Assembly: GCA_002633005.1 (NCBI GenBank)
Contig: NMRA01000004.1
Location: 315,846 to 379,845, forward strand
DNA length: 64,000 bases
DNA from: Phoronis australis
Lineage: Eukaryota; Animalia; Phoronida
Direction: 5' to 3'
The position numbers were made by a program, and so were the translations under genes. Numbering within the stretch: the stretch's first letter is position 1; the number at the start of each line of letters is the position of its first letter. The notes beneath the pieces are model-generated. The model was not told where the DNA came from. It ran no database searches and saw nothing but the letters and a program-made list of their open reading frames with translations. This document shows, piece by piece, positions 50,301-61,682 of this stretch.

Positions 50301-53300
50301 GAATTGACGTCAAGTTGTGGTGACAAAAAATCTACTCAACAGCCATATATCCCAAAATGCCACAGCGCTACTTTGATTCTGGGGTATTTACACACATTGA
50401 TTGGCACTTGTGGGGTTGCTGTCATATACATCACTGGTTTACATCAAACTGAGTTATTCACCATTCCAATGCTCATAAGTTTCTCTTTGTGATGCACCAC
50501 TTATTTTGTGAAAAGTGAGTTAAGAATTAAGTCAGAAATTTGGTATTATGCTTGACATAACTTTCTGAAAAATATTTACAACTCCCTTTACCAAAAGTGC
50601 AAAGTAACCCAGAATCTACCCATAACTACTAGGTACTGAAAAAATCTGTAAATTTATGATATAGATATGATGAACTCTCATCAAATTAGGACACAACATG
50701 GATAGAAAATGATATTTTATAATTTTTGTAGCACCAAACTTAAATGCTTTTCCATGTTCAAGTTTTGTACCGAAGTTTCCATTAGACAAAGTTTTGAAAA
50801 ATTGTGGGCATTCACAGTATTATTAGAAACCCTTGAAGAATACAAAACAGCAATTTTGGCAATGAATTTTGTGCAAAACTGGTAGGATTTTATCGTACTG
50901 TGTTATGTATAGCTATGACTTGCAAGGTACGCCACCTATTGCCAATATAGACTAAGACGCTATCTATGGTCTTGTTCATATTCACTCACCATGTCAGAAA
51001 ATGGACCATCTAGTGTTTGTTCTCTTAAGATGGCCATTCACAAAAGTACTGGCACTTTTAAGTAAGTCTCCATTTTAAAAATAAGGAGATGAGCATGTTT
51101 GCTAAAAATGAAAAATTGGAAACTTTGAAGGTGGACGTTGTTGAACATGGGCATTAACCTGGATGAATACGGTAAGTATTGCATTTCTCCTGTAGGTAAG
51201 AAAACAGAGGTTTCATATTGAAAGTTGTGTGTAGACAGAGTCTCCATTGGTGTGGCCTTACTTCAGTGTACTTACCGGTAATATTTTTTTTTTCTGCGCA
51301 AAAATTAACCATCAACAGAGCTGTCAAATGAAGTATGACCCTGCCATATGTCTTTTTGGAAATTTTAACCTTACTGTGGTTTAATTGGTGAAAAGTGTAT
51401 CTCAGCTGTCACAGAATATTACTTTTGGTCAAAAATGGGCTTTCAGTAGTGACATAGCTAGAGGGTGGTGTTTTGTTGGGACTTGGTAGATGTAACAAAG
51501 GTTTCTTCAGACATTCAAAGCTGCACTGACAGATTTTGACTATTTCTACTGCTTTAAATCTGAAGAAGTATCCACTGAGAAAATAATTTGATTATGGACT
51601 AGGCTATACATAATCCTTCCGGCTATACATTATTGCAGTGGCAAACTACGGAAAAACCTCTCAAGTTTGGCACTGTGAAAAATTATTTTCCTCAGTCTGA
51701 GCTTGTACCATATTTTAGAAATAGGCAATATAGTCCATCCCAAATTGAAAAATTACGACCAACGACAAACTATCATTGACCTCGATGTTGCGCACTATGT
51801 AGATGCATGAAAGTGTTACTCCAATGCTACTTTCAACGATTTTATGAAGTGCCATGTCTACATAATTTTCTGGCGTTAAAGCCCATTACCTCAAGCTTAT
51901 TCTGACACATTTGCAAAGCCTATTCAAACTGCTGACTTCTTTAGCAAATTAGTGGAGATAACTAAACTGACGAAATAGAAATGTAATCAGTAGTCAGCAA
52001 GACAAAGTACTTGGAATGCCATTTATCGTTGTTGTGATTTCAGTTAATAGTTCACCGACTTATAAAAATTAAACACCAAACTGTGTTAATTTTCATTGTG
52101 GAAAACATTGTGAAGGTTAATCTTGTAAAATTTTAGGTTGAAAGTGTTTGTAAATTTGGTCTGAGTTGTTTGCCACAGTTTACCAACAGATAAGATCATA
52201 CTTAATCTGAAGCCTCACTTTGTAGGCACATAAGAGATTGGAGTTGGCTTTTGATGTTTTGATTGACATCGTGCGTCAGGGGCTCTGGAGTAAAAATAAA
52301 CTGATTTCTATGGAACGTGTGCAAAAGGTGTAATGGAAGAATTTTGCTTACGATTTTTAAGACTCTGTAGATACAAAACAAAGTGTCTGAGATTTGAGAA
52401 ATACGACAAATACCAAAATCGCCAGTGTCGCAATCTACAGAATCAAGAAAATTCAATTTTCACTTGAATTACGATGTCCCAAATTCAGACTTGCCCAAAC
52501 TGGAGAATTTATACTGAAGTAACCTCGTTACCATAAAGCATGAAATAACTGTGCTATATGAGTAAATTGGAAAATACAAGAAAATACCCACTGGCAAGCA
52601 AGTGGAGACATCCACTTAATCCTAAGAAAATCGACATAATCAGATTTTTCAATAGCCAATCAATAATTGCTAACCCACGCTTTGATTTAAAATGTCTCTA
52701 GAGTAAGACCAATAGCTATGACGGAAATTAAACATTTCCAGCCTTGATAAAATCCTTCACTGTCTGAGCTAGTACGAAATTAAATATTCAATCCTCTCAA
52801 CTACACATAACAGGGGTTTAAAACGTTGTAACATAAACAAGTAATTCAATTTTAAACGGTGTCTAAATAGCCCAATGTTTGCCACACAAAACCAAACACT
52901 ATGGGGTCCAGTGATCCTGCCTTCCAAAATTTGGAACCATTCCAGTTTTTGGGGTAAACTGATGAACAGTCCAGATATCATTACACTAACACAGAATAAC
53001 CCACAATGTATAATGGCGATATGGGGAAAATCAGGGGATACATTTTTTCAAAAGAAAATTGCAAACTTAGCAAGATATAAAACTGGTGCATTTTATTTCC
53101 TTAGTTTTATTTTTCACAGCAAAAGTCAAACCTATGTCTAAGGTGAGGCACCCCTAAACAAGCAACTCCTTGTTAGCTTGAGTTAAGTGCCGTTTACACT
53201 ACGAAAGTTGACACAGATCAGCTGACACGGAAGGAGTTGTTCCAGTGTGTAAACGGTACTGACACAGAGCAAATTGACACCGCGGTGACAACTTTTGCCA

Positions 53301-56300
53301 CCCGTTTGTGAGGTGGGCAATTTGTGCTCGAACATCTTGCTCCGTGTCAATTATATGTTTAAATGCGAAACTAGGGCAATTTAAGGCCGAAAGGATCATC
53401 TCTTACTGCGCTTGTGCAATAACCTACATACGGCTCTCTGTCTCTGCAACTCCTGCTATTTGAAAACCTGCGCATGTGCATTCCACTCTCCAGCGTACAA
53501 CTTCTGTCTTGCCACAGTTAACGAAATTGCGTGTGTAAACGGCCATTTGACACCGATCACCTTGCTCTGAGTCAGATGCGCTGGATCAAACGTTGATGTC
53601 TAAACGGGACTTTAAATGAATCATACAATGAATGCTGAATTGGCACAAGCTCTATAGTCCATGTTGGGTCATAAAAAGTTGTTTCTTCTCCAGCAAATGA
53701 CACCTCCTGAGGAAAAACATCCTCACACAATCCTCTGATATCACTATCAAACCAGGTGGATGAAAACTCAAAAGCGCTGCACTACACCAAGAGTCAAAAG
53801 ATTTGCACACAAGGGTAATACTACCATAATTAACCAGCATGGCAATTGAGTTTGTGTATTTTTAATAGAATATTGTGTCTAACAGAAAATGTATAGGAGT
53901 AATATTCACTTCACAGTACTCATTTAGGGAGAAAACAATTGCCCAGTCCAGTTAAGTTGATGGCAACATAGCAATTGTTCATGCCGTACTGATGTTAGGC
54001 ATGTCATGAATGATGAGTAATGAGTTGCAGGACTCTTGCTCTGTAAGTTTACTAGTATTGAGTGTGCAATGCTATACTACCCAAATAAGTAAGTGTACTG
54101 TCAGTTTTTTCTCCTAACTTCCAACAAATTGAGCAAATAAAATAACTTGTGTTCCATAGAAAAAATAATAACGTAGGTTAGGAGTTTTTGTTTAAAGATG
54201 AGATAAAGTAATTAAAAAAACGCTACCAAATCAAAGTCACCAAAAATGAATGACTCTCAGTGGTTCAATGTTTCATAAAGATGGTTTTAGTTTGAAATTT
54301 TGAAGGAGCATTTCCTTTCATGAATTGAACATTGAAATTAGCTCTTAGGTTAACAAATGTGCCCTAAATTTCCCTTGTCATGATAGCAAATGGCTTACAC
54401 CTTTGAAAGCACATGGCGCTGACATAGAAGGTCCAGTTTTGGACAGGTTGTCCAAACAAGTCAAAATGTATCGCTTTTTGACACTCTTTTTTCTTGATGA
54501 CTCCTTGAATGGGAAGTTTGAAGATGAAACTCAATTTTGGAATGAAGCGGAAAGGTTTGAAACATAGCGACTTTGAGTAACATGTTTCATTATTTGCTTT
54601 TAGGTAGTCTATAAGTTACAGTGGATTAAACTGGTACAGAAATTTTGTTAAATGTAAGCCATGTTTATCAAGCCATGAAGGTGCACAGTACGTATATCTA
54701 TCATAATGTGACTAGTTTTTCTTAAAACAGAGCTCTTGCTCCTTGTAGGATAAAAGTTTAGTAATGGTACCAACTTATCAAAAATTTTCCCACTGAACAC
54801 ATGCTTGTAGATTTGTGTATTGTGTCGATTATGTTCATTTGTCCAAAGTCTTGGAAGTCTGGGACTAAACAGAAGGCAGTCACATTTATTTCCTGCCAAC
54901 ATTTTTCCTTCCGATTCGATGGTATCAAAGAACAAGTGGCTGACCTACATTATGTTTTGTGAAAGAATCGATTTTGGTAAAATGACTCACATAAGTTTTA
55001 CTTTCTTGACATCTTTAATTCAAAGAACAAAAAATAATTGTAAATAGGTACCACAGTAGCAGATAACTGACTTACTAAAATGCTAATCCCATTGTTAGAA
55101 AATTTTTACTAAATGAAAAGCAAACACTGGTATTAGAGCACAAAATTACTGTATTAACGTTGACAAGGACCAAGAAATTTGGATAATACCAAACTTCAGA
55201 TCAATAGCATTTAATAACCCAATCCAATCTCATAGGTCTATAATCTGGTACCTTAAGGGAAACTAACTAACAAGTAATTTGCTAATCCCCACCTGACTTG
55301 AATAAATCCTAATTGTCAGTTGATTTGCTATCAGGGCATAGGGAATATGAAGTTGAGATCAATGTGTTGATGTCAAAATGGTACAAGACATTTACACCCC
55401 CACCCCCCGCGTGCTTGAAATGTGCCAATTGCTGTCACAGTGCCTATATGGTTCCTTCTTCACTTACACATTGAGAGACAATGCATGAGAAATTCAGGTG
55501 GTTTCTTTTGACATAAGACTTGATTGTAAACTTAAGGCCCCTTCATACTAACGTCGACCATCAATGTTTTGGGTAGTTTCAGCCAGTATATCTGTTTAAC
55601 TTTGGTCCTAGATCAAAGTTAACAGTGCCAGTTAACTTCGCAGTAAACAGATGAATTTAACAGTGAAGCGTCGATGCTGCGGTGCAGTAACAACGATCAA
55701 CTCCAGTCCCCGGTTATCATCAACAATTTAAGTTCTGTGTCATCGCTAATAGTTGCTTATATTTTGCTAAAAAAATCACCAATTGAATTTCAATTAGCAA
55801 GTGCAAATGTTCCCAAATTGCCACGTTATAAAAAATCTTAGCATGCACGGGATGTATCAGCACTGCCTTGCATTTATTTCAATGACAACATCACCTACTC
55901 TATACTTCAATGTCCATTAACTGCCGAAGTTGGTATGAACGGTTCAGTTAACTTCGCAGCTTATGTCGATGCTCTGCTCAGACTGGTGTCAAGTCAGTAT
56001 GAAAAGGCCTTTAGGTCAAATGATCGGCACCCAAAACAGTTTCATTGAAATACTAAATGAATCTCATAAACCCTCTTAGGATTTTAGCTATTTTCCACCT
56101 AGTTAAATGAAATTTTAGAATTCTTGTACCATCTGTATGCACCAAAGAAGAAATATGTGAAATTAATAATGTAGTGCCACTAAGTTCAACTTAAGAATTT
56201 TGCAAAAATATAAAAACAAAACTGAAAAGTATTTGGCTTTTTGTTGTTATTTTTAACCCACCTCTGACAAAGCGTATAACTTGAGAATTACATACCCTCC

Positions 56301-59300
56301 ATCGATCATGTTTTCAAGCCACAGAACTTCTCAGAAAACTGACATACTACAAGTGAAAGCCAAACCCTTGTAGTGTACAGATACATTGAAACATCCATGG
56401 ATAATGATCTGTAGGTCTTACATGTCTTGACTGATACCACCCACTTTGATAATATTGACATTTTATTCACATGACAGTCATATGCACACATACAAACCAC
56501 AAAATCTTTCGGAAATATTTCTAACAAAATTAGGAAGTTTCTCCACTGCTCAAAATTTGAATTTAAATAACACTCATGTGGCTGGTGATCAGTATTTATG
56601 ACATCAACATGCCATCATGATGCTCGGTCGTCACGAAATTTCTGCTTGTCCAAGGGATTGACAGGAAAAGATTCAGCCGGTTGGGATAGGATGACAATGC
56701 TACGGCTGCATGATTGAATGGCAATTGTAAACTATGCATTTTTGAAACTGAAGACCGCTAGTTGTAAGGGTCACTTATCACTGCAGGTGGCGCATTGATT
56801 CCAGTGAAAACAACGAAGCCTGGCATTTGTCATATTCTCCCACAATTCTTCTCTCTTCCATCAGCCCAGTAAAGTTTCTAATACTTGATTCTGTCTGTAT
56901 TTAGGCTTCAAACAGTTTTGTACAATTTGATTAATTTTGTTTTCTATTAATCTACCTTAACTAAAGCCTTAGTTGTTATCTGGTGTTTTCAGAGGACACA
57001 ATTCTCAATGTGTACTATTTCTTTTGATTCTTTCAACTTAGTTGTTACATATCAACTTTATTATTTCTTTCCTTGAGTTGATGGTGTGAAGGACTAGGGA
57101 GTGAAGGGTTTTAGGAAAAAGTAGTGTTGTTAATACTATTGTTCTTCTGCTGTACCAATTCTTCATCAACACACTTATTTCCTCAACTTTGCTTGAAAAT
57201 CTCCCATACTCAAATGTTATAAACTCACACTTAAATTAACACCCAGCTTCCTAAATTTAGTGACACTCCAGTCCAGTTTCCATTTTCATGGTGAAAAACC
57301 TCCTTAAAAATTTTTTTGCTGCCGATCCAAACTAATGATTTTTTTAAAATCAACACTAATAAAGATGCTATGTCTCATTAAATTGTGAATATGCTAATAA
57401 AGTACTAAGTTTACAAACAACCCGGCTTTTCTAGTGTGCCAGAAACTTGGAAACTATAATCTGAGAACCAATTGCAATTGTAATCTCGTAAAAGTCTCGT
57501 TTTGCGAGGCTATTTTTATGTAAGTGAGTATGATAATATGTCAGCGTTACCCAAATAAAACAAGGCACAATTTTTATTATTTATTCATTTCACTATCAAA
57601 TAACGATTGCTTAATATTTGGAATTATTAGGGTTTTCTATATACCGTATTCGCCATAATAACCGCCCATACCCCTATAAGCGCCCCCCACGCGTTTTCAG
57701 ACTTTGCGAAAAATGCCTTACCTACAGTCCTAAAATTCTACAGTAACGTCTTCAATTTATCAATAATATCCGACAGTCCTGAAAAAATCATTGTGCGCAG
57801 AATTTGTATACCACGAGTCTCGCCATTATGTTGGTATTTAGCCGTGACTATACACTTCAAACTTCTGCCATGCCTCAAAACGAACACAAAAGTTCTGCTG
57901 ATATTGAAAGGACCAATGGTCTGGCCTTTCAGAACAGAAGTAAGTTAGTGTACTTGTCTACGGGATGGCTTTGTAGATATTTCTCGCTTTCAACAGGAAT
58001 CCAAATTTCTTTGTAGGCCTACACGTGAAAACCGCGAATCGAAGACTAGTAAACAGCTTGACCAGTGTTAAAAGCACATGGCCAGGAAGCTCGCGCTATA
58101 CATGAACCTGTCATCAAAGGCATTAGTCGGGAAATATCCAGTAGCATCGGCAAGAAATGAATATTGACACTAATTTCCAACAATTTCTCATACTATAAAA
58201 ATGTTTGCATTATTTTTAAAATGAATTGTTTGATTAACCATAATTGGTGTTTTTAAGCCGAATATCCAATAAAATGACTACTGACAGTGAATGCTTACAC
58301 ACCCTTACACTGAAAAATAACTGCCAGATAGTCATGTACGCATCCAGCCACACGGCGACTAATATGGCCTTACCGAGACAAATGTCGAACGTTTTTTTTG
58401 CACATGAGACCGGCAAGTGCTGAATGAAACACACTCTGGTTTAGGCCTACTGCTTGTACAAATTTCTTTAGATACAATGCACATCTAATTCATTAGATTG
58501 CGTGGCTCTGGCCAAAAGACAGTCTCTGCTCTGGCAAATGAACTCGCACGCGCTCGCTTACTCACAAACGCAGACAACTTCAAAACAAACGTCACGTGAC
58601 AACAACATGTTCGTCCAGACATTTTTCTCATGTTGCTGGTCATACATGTAGATGGCACGATATCAGCACAGATTTGTACTTAAACCTGCCGTGATCCTGA
58701 CTGTACGGGAACTTAAAAATCTTAGGGATGCCAAACTTGGAAAATTTAAGGATTTCAGGAAATTTGCTTGAGTCGAAACTGTATTTTTATTCAAGCATTC
58801 AAGTTGCCATATTGACGATTGCGAGGCAGGCAGTCGGTGAGTTTTCACCCTGGGATTTCAGCACAATGTTCAATCTGTAAATGATCATAATTTAGCGGCA
58901 AAGTTTGATAACAATGCACCACGGTTTTGCAGAAAGTCTTTCATAGATTACAGATACGTCACAGAGCGTAAATGTAATGAATCTTAGCTTCCGATTTCAC
59001 CCGTTTCGGAGACTGGGTTTCAACGGCCTTGGGTTATACAATAAGCGCTCCCCCTGAAACGAACTTTTCTAAGCGCCCTGGGCGGTTATTACGGCGAATA
59101 CTGTATTCACACGTGCTTTCAAGTGTATTAGGTGTGTTTTCTTTAATGCCGCATTTTATTTACAAATCGTTTCTTTTCAGTTCCCGATTATACTTGTATT
59201 TACAGTTCTCCTGAAAGTCACAAGGTGGCGCTTGTTCCAAAGTTAAATATTCAGGTTTCAATGAGACATAGTATCTTTTGCCCTGATATTTCCACAGTAA

Positions 59301-61682
59301 ATTCAGTAAACTCAGATGTAATTATCTGTGTTCCGAGATATTTGTACTACTTGAGAGGAGTTTGTTAAGTGTAATTTTTTGAGACTGACTGCTGATGAGT
59401 GTGACATTAGACAAAATTATATTAAACACTTACTAATAAAGTTTGTTTTGTTTTCTATTAGGCACCTACAAAACAGTTTTTATTATATTTCAGCTCATTT
59501 TGTTAACCTTACAATTTGGCACTTGTTTGCCTCTAGACTTTCAAGATCAGCTCTTCCTGAAGAGATAATATTAATAGTTTTCATTTTTGCTACAGTAAGA
59601 TTGCATGAGAGTCATAAACACGTAATTTCAAACTACAGATGTTGCAAAAAAGCTTGAGATGCTTAACATGCATAAAATACCACCAATGGTCTTTAATCCT
59701 GACATAGTTACTGTGATCAATTCAACTAGAGGAAACGCATTCTGAGCAAAATCCACTTATCATAACTACTTCTTTTATGAAATGAACCTTGAGATGGTCT
59801 ACATGCATAAAATACCAACGATGGTCTTTAACCCAGACATAAGTTACAATTGGAGGAAAATTAGAAATGAAGACTCAGAGCATGTGACAAATGCAAAATC
59901 AAATTTAAGCGCTTCCCATTTTAAAAGAGGCTTTTCCATTTTGTCCCAAACTGAAATGTAATATTACAATATAGAAAAATATCAAAATTTTGTCTTTAAA
60001 TTTGATTTGTAGTCGATCATTACTCTCTCCTTAATGCATTTTATTCTCTAATTTTGAAAAACTTCATTTACCGTAAACGTTCGGCTTAACGCTCATGCTC
60101 AGTTAACCGCCCACCCCCGATTTTTTTGGTTTGCCAATTTAACCGCCCAGGGCGTTAACCCGAACGTTTACGGTAGTCTTCCATTAATTAGCCATTGAAC
60201 TTTGGGTGCCGCATAAGCTGACACACAAGCAATGCATAATATCACACAAGTCATACATGATATTATGCACGACTGGTTGATATTACGCATAGAAGCTGAA
60301 ATGATTGAACCGCCTGTGTCCTGTAAAGGTTAGCTTCCGTAAACAAGCTATATTATTGTTTTACTTTTTTGAACCTTCTGTCATGCTCCAAGGCATGTTA
60401 TTATGGTCACTTGATGTTGCGCACGGGCGCTAAGATAGGGCTCGCTTGGGCAGCTCACTGGGTCATCGTATACCAGACGCAGTTCAGGTAGATTTTCAGA
60501 GCGTCAACCCAAGAAGTGGTTTAAACGCAGTTTTCTGAAAACTGAATGCAATTTTCGGTAATTCTGTTCCCAGCGTTAGCATATATGCTTTCGACCCCCT
60601 CCAGTTAAACTTTGCGGCACTGTCCGTGTCTTGAACAACTGTTCCAATTATAGAAAAGTGCATATGGGAGCTGTACGTTTTGCCACCAACTTATATGTCA
60701 TAACAAAATCTAATATCAGAAGCTAAAATGTGACTATTACTCTTGGCTGCACCATGCACAATGATTCATCATTTTTATATTTCAGTGGAGATTTGTTGCA
60801 TAATATTACGGTCACTTGATGTAACAAACTGGCGCTTATAGGGGCCTTAATCGTACAGGTGATTTTTTTCATCATACATGGTATTACACACGACAGCTTG
60901 ATATTACGTACTTATGCGTTACATATATCTTACACCCCGACATGTAATCTTACGTAATATTTGCATAATCTGCACTGATGTATGCAAGCAGTTTCCTGAC
61001 ATGATGACTTGGGATTTCTGAAGTGCCACAGTTATTCGAATTTTGTAGGAATACTAAGTACGCTTTACAGTATGTTGTATGTAGTTTGTAAGACGATTTG
61101 TTGGAGGTTTTTGATCCGTTATGTTTTGTTGGTTTTGTCTTGTTTTAACACGTTCAAGCTACGCTGGAACCAAAAACTGAAGCACACACACATATATCTC
61201 CACCTAATGGTAAAAGTATGGTAACATCTCACCAATATCAGACAGAAACGATAGGTAGTTGGTCTTTTTCATTTTTCAAAGGCTTCTGACATTGTTGATG
61301 CTCACAATTTCTCAGAATCAGTCTGAATGGCAGTTTTGGTATAGATCTTTAAAAATCATGTAGCATTAATTTTAATATCTTTTTGAGAAAAACGAAAAAC
61401 AAAATTTCACTTATAGACCACATTGTGCATTAAATACGTGAAATTTCACCACATTTGTGAGTCCAGGTTAATATGCATGTGCTTAACTTCACTTTGCTTT
61501 TCCTTCTCACCTGTCATCGTGAATACTCCAACTACGAGTCCAATATTACGTCCAGCCAGCATGACCTCTTCACTGTCCGGATTAGATTCCGACGACTTGG
61601 ACTTGCGACTGGCCCATAGTCCCACGACAAGAATGATGATGTAGAATATAATAATGGACACCAGGCCCAGTATGTTGATCAT
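40603..61682 (-). CDS. SLC5A7: High-affinity choline transporter 1-like (SLC5A7/CHT1), paralog B; complement(join(40603..41325,43034..43251,44393..44522,46049..46198,46697..46845,49449..49604,50147..50260,61511..61682)), 603 aa
   Basis: All introns GT-AG; total 1812 nt. Internal exon sizes 114/156/149/150/130 are identical to paralog A. Same CHT1 motifs. ATG in accATGa context. Confidence 0.95.
42370..42505 (+). repeat. Dispersed repeat, second copy at about 63870-64000
   Basis: Shared accacagaatctgcc...aaagacaccatgc...ttaaatcac...gctg; family not identified. Confidence 0.65.
43034..43251 (-). CDS. SLC5A7: CHT1-like B coding exon 7 (DWNSTAY...LIFRQG)
   Basis: tttcag acceptor, |gtaatg donor, 218 nt. 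Confidence 0.92.
43800..44070. repeat. Degenerate (ATT)n low-complexity tract
   Basis: Directly visible. Confidence 0.85.
44393..44522 (-). CDS. SLC5A7: CHT1-like B coding exon 6 ([12 protein letters not shown]...AAST)
   Basis: ttgcag acceptor, G|gtaaaa donor, 130 nt. Confidence 0.93.
44571..44725. mobile_element. MITE, same family as 17633-17788, opposite orientation
   Basis: cagggctgggttgtcgcataaaa ... ttttatgcaattgggccctg. Confidence 0.65.
46049..46198 (-). CDS. SLC5A7: CHT1-like B coding exon 5 ([13 protein letters not shown]...GGIPWQ)
   Basis: tttcag acceptor, CAG|gtaatt donor, 150 nt. Confidence 0.93.
46697..46845 (-). CDS. SLC5A7: CHT1-like B coding exon 4 ([11 protein letters not shown]...FIGL)
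   Basis: tttcag acceptor, |gtatgt donor, 149 nt. Confidence 0.93.
47116..48575 (-). mobile_element. Non-autonomous Helentron-like (HINE) element, copy 3, in B intron 3
   Basis: Reverse-complement match to both ends of copy 2 (caagagcaa..., ...gtgggcgaat); about 8 internal repeat units. Confidence 0.78.
47496..47651. mobile_element. hAT-like MITE nested in HINE copy 3
   Basis: TIRs caaggctgtagtgg / ccactacagcactg (12/14 match); 8-bp target duplication ggcaccac / gacaccac (7/8). Confidence 0.7.
49449..49604 (-). CDS. SLC5A7: CHT1-like B coding exon 3 ([20 protein letters not shown]...ILSAL)
   Basis: ttctag acceptor, G|gtaagg donor, 156 nt. Confidence 0.93.
50147..50260 (-). CDS. SLC5A7: CHT1-like B coding exon 2 ([17 protein letters not shown]...FSLVF)
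   Basis: ttatag acceptor, G|gtaagt donor, 114 nt. Confidence 0.93.
53186..53611. mobile_element. PIF/Harbinger-like MITE
   Basis: TIRs agtgccgtttacac / gtctaaacgggact; TTA target duplication on both sides. Confidence 0.65.
55535..56010. mobile_element. PIF/Harbinger-like MITE
   Basis: TIRs aggccccttcatact / agtatgaaaaggcct; TTA target duplication. Confidence 0.7.
57644..59103. mobile_element. ~1.46-kb non-autonomous Tc1/mariner (pogo/Tigger-like) element
   Basis: TA-flanked TIRs ccgtattcgccataataaccgccca / gggcggttattacggcgaatactg; no transposase ORF recognised. Confidence 0.8.
60071..60173. mobile_element. ~100-bp Tc1/mariner-type MITE
   Basis: TA-flanked TIRs ccgtaaacgttcggcttaacgc / gcgttaacccgaacgtttacgg. 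Confidence 0.8.
61511..61682 (-). CDS. SLC5A7: CHT1-like B coding exon 1 ([14 protein letters not shown]...GVFTMT)
   Basis: G|gtgaga donor. A ttttcag acceptor 21 nt upstream of the ATG implies an upstream non-coding exon. Confidence 0.92.

Noticed and set aside
59665-59850. Short local duplication (catgcataaaatacca...ggtctttaa...gacata)
   Set aside because: Two diverged intronic copies with no further structure; ordinary tandem duplication.
4467-61682. The two CHT1 copies as a haplotype or assembly duplication
   Set aside because: The proteins differ at many positions, introns are unrelated in size and sequence, and intron number differs, so they are old paralogs.
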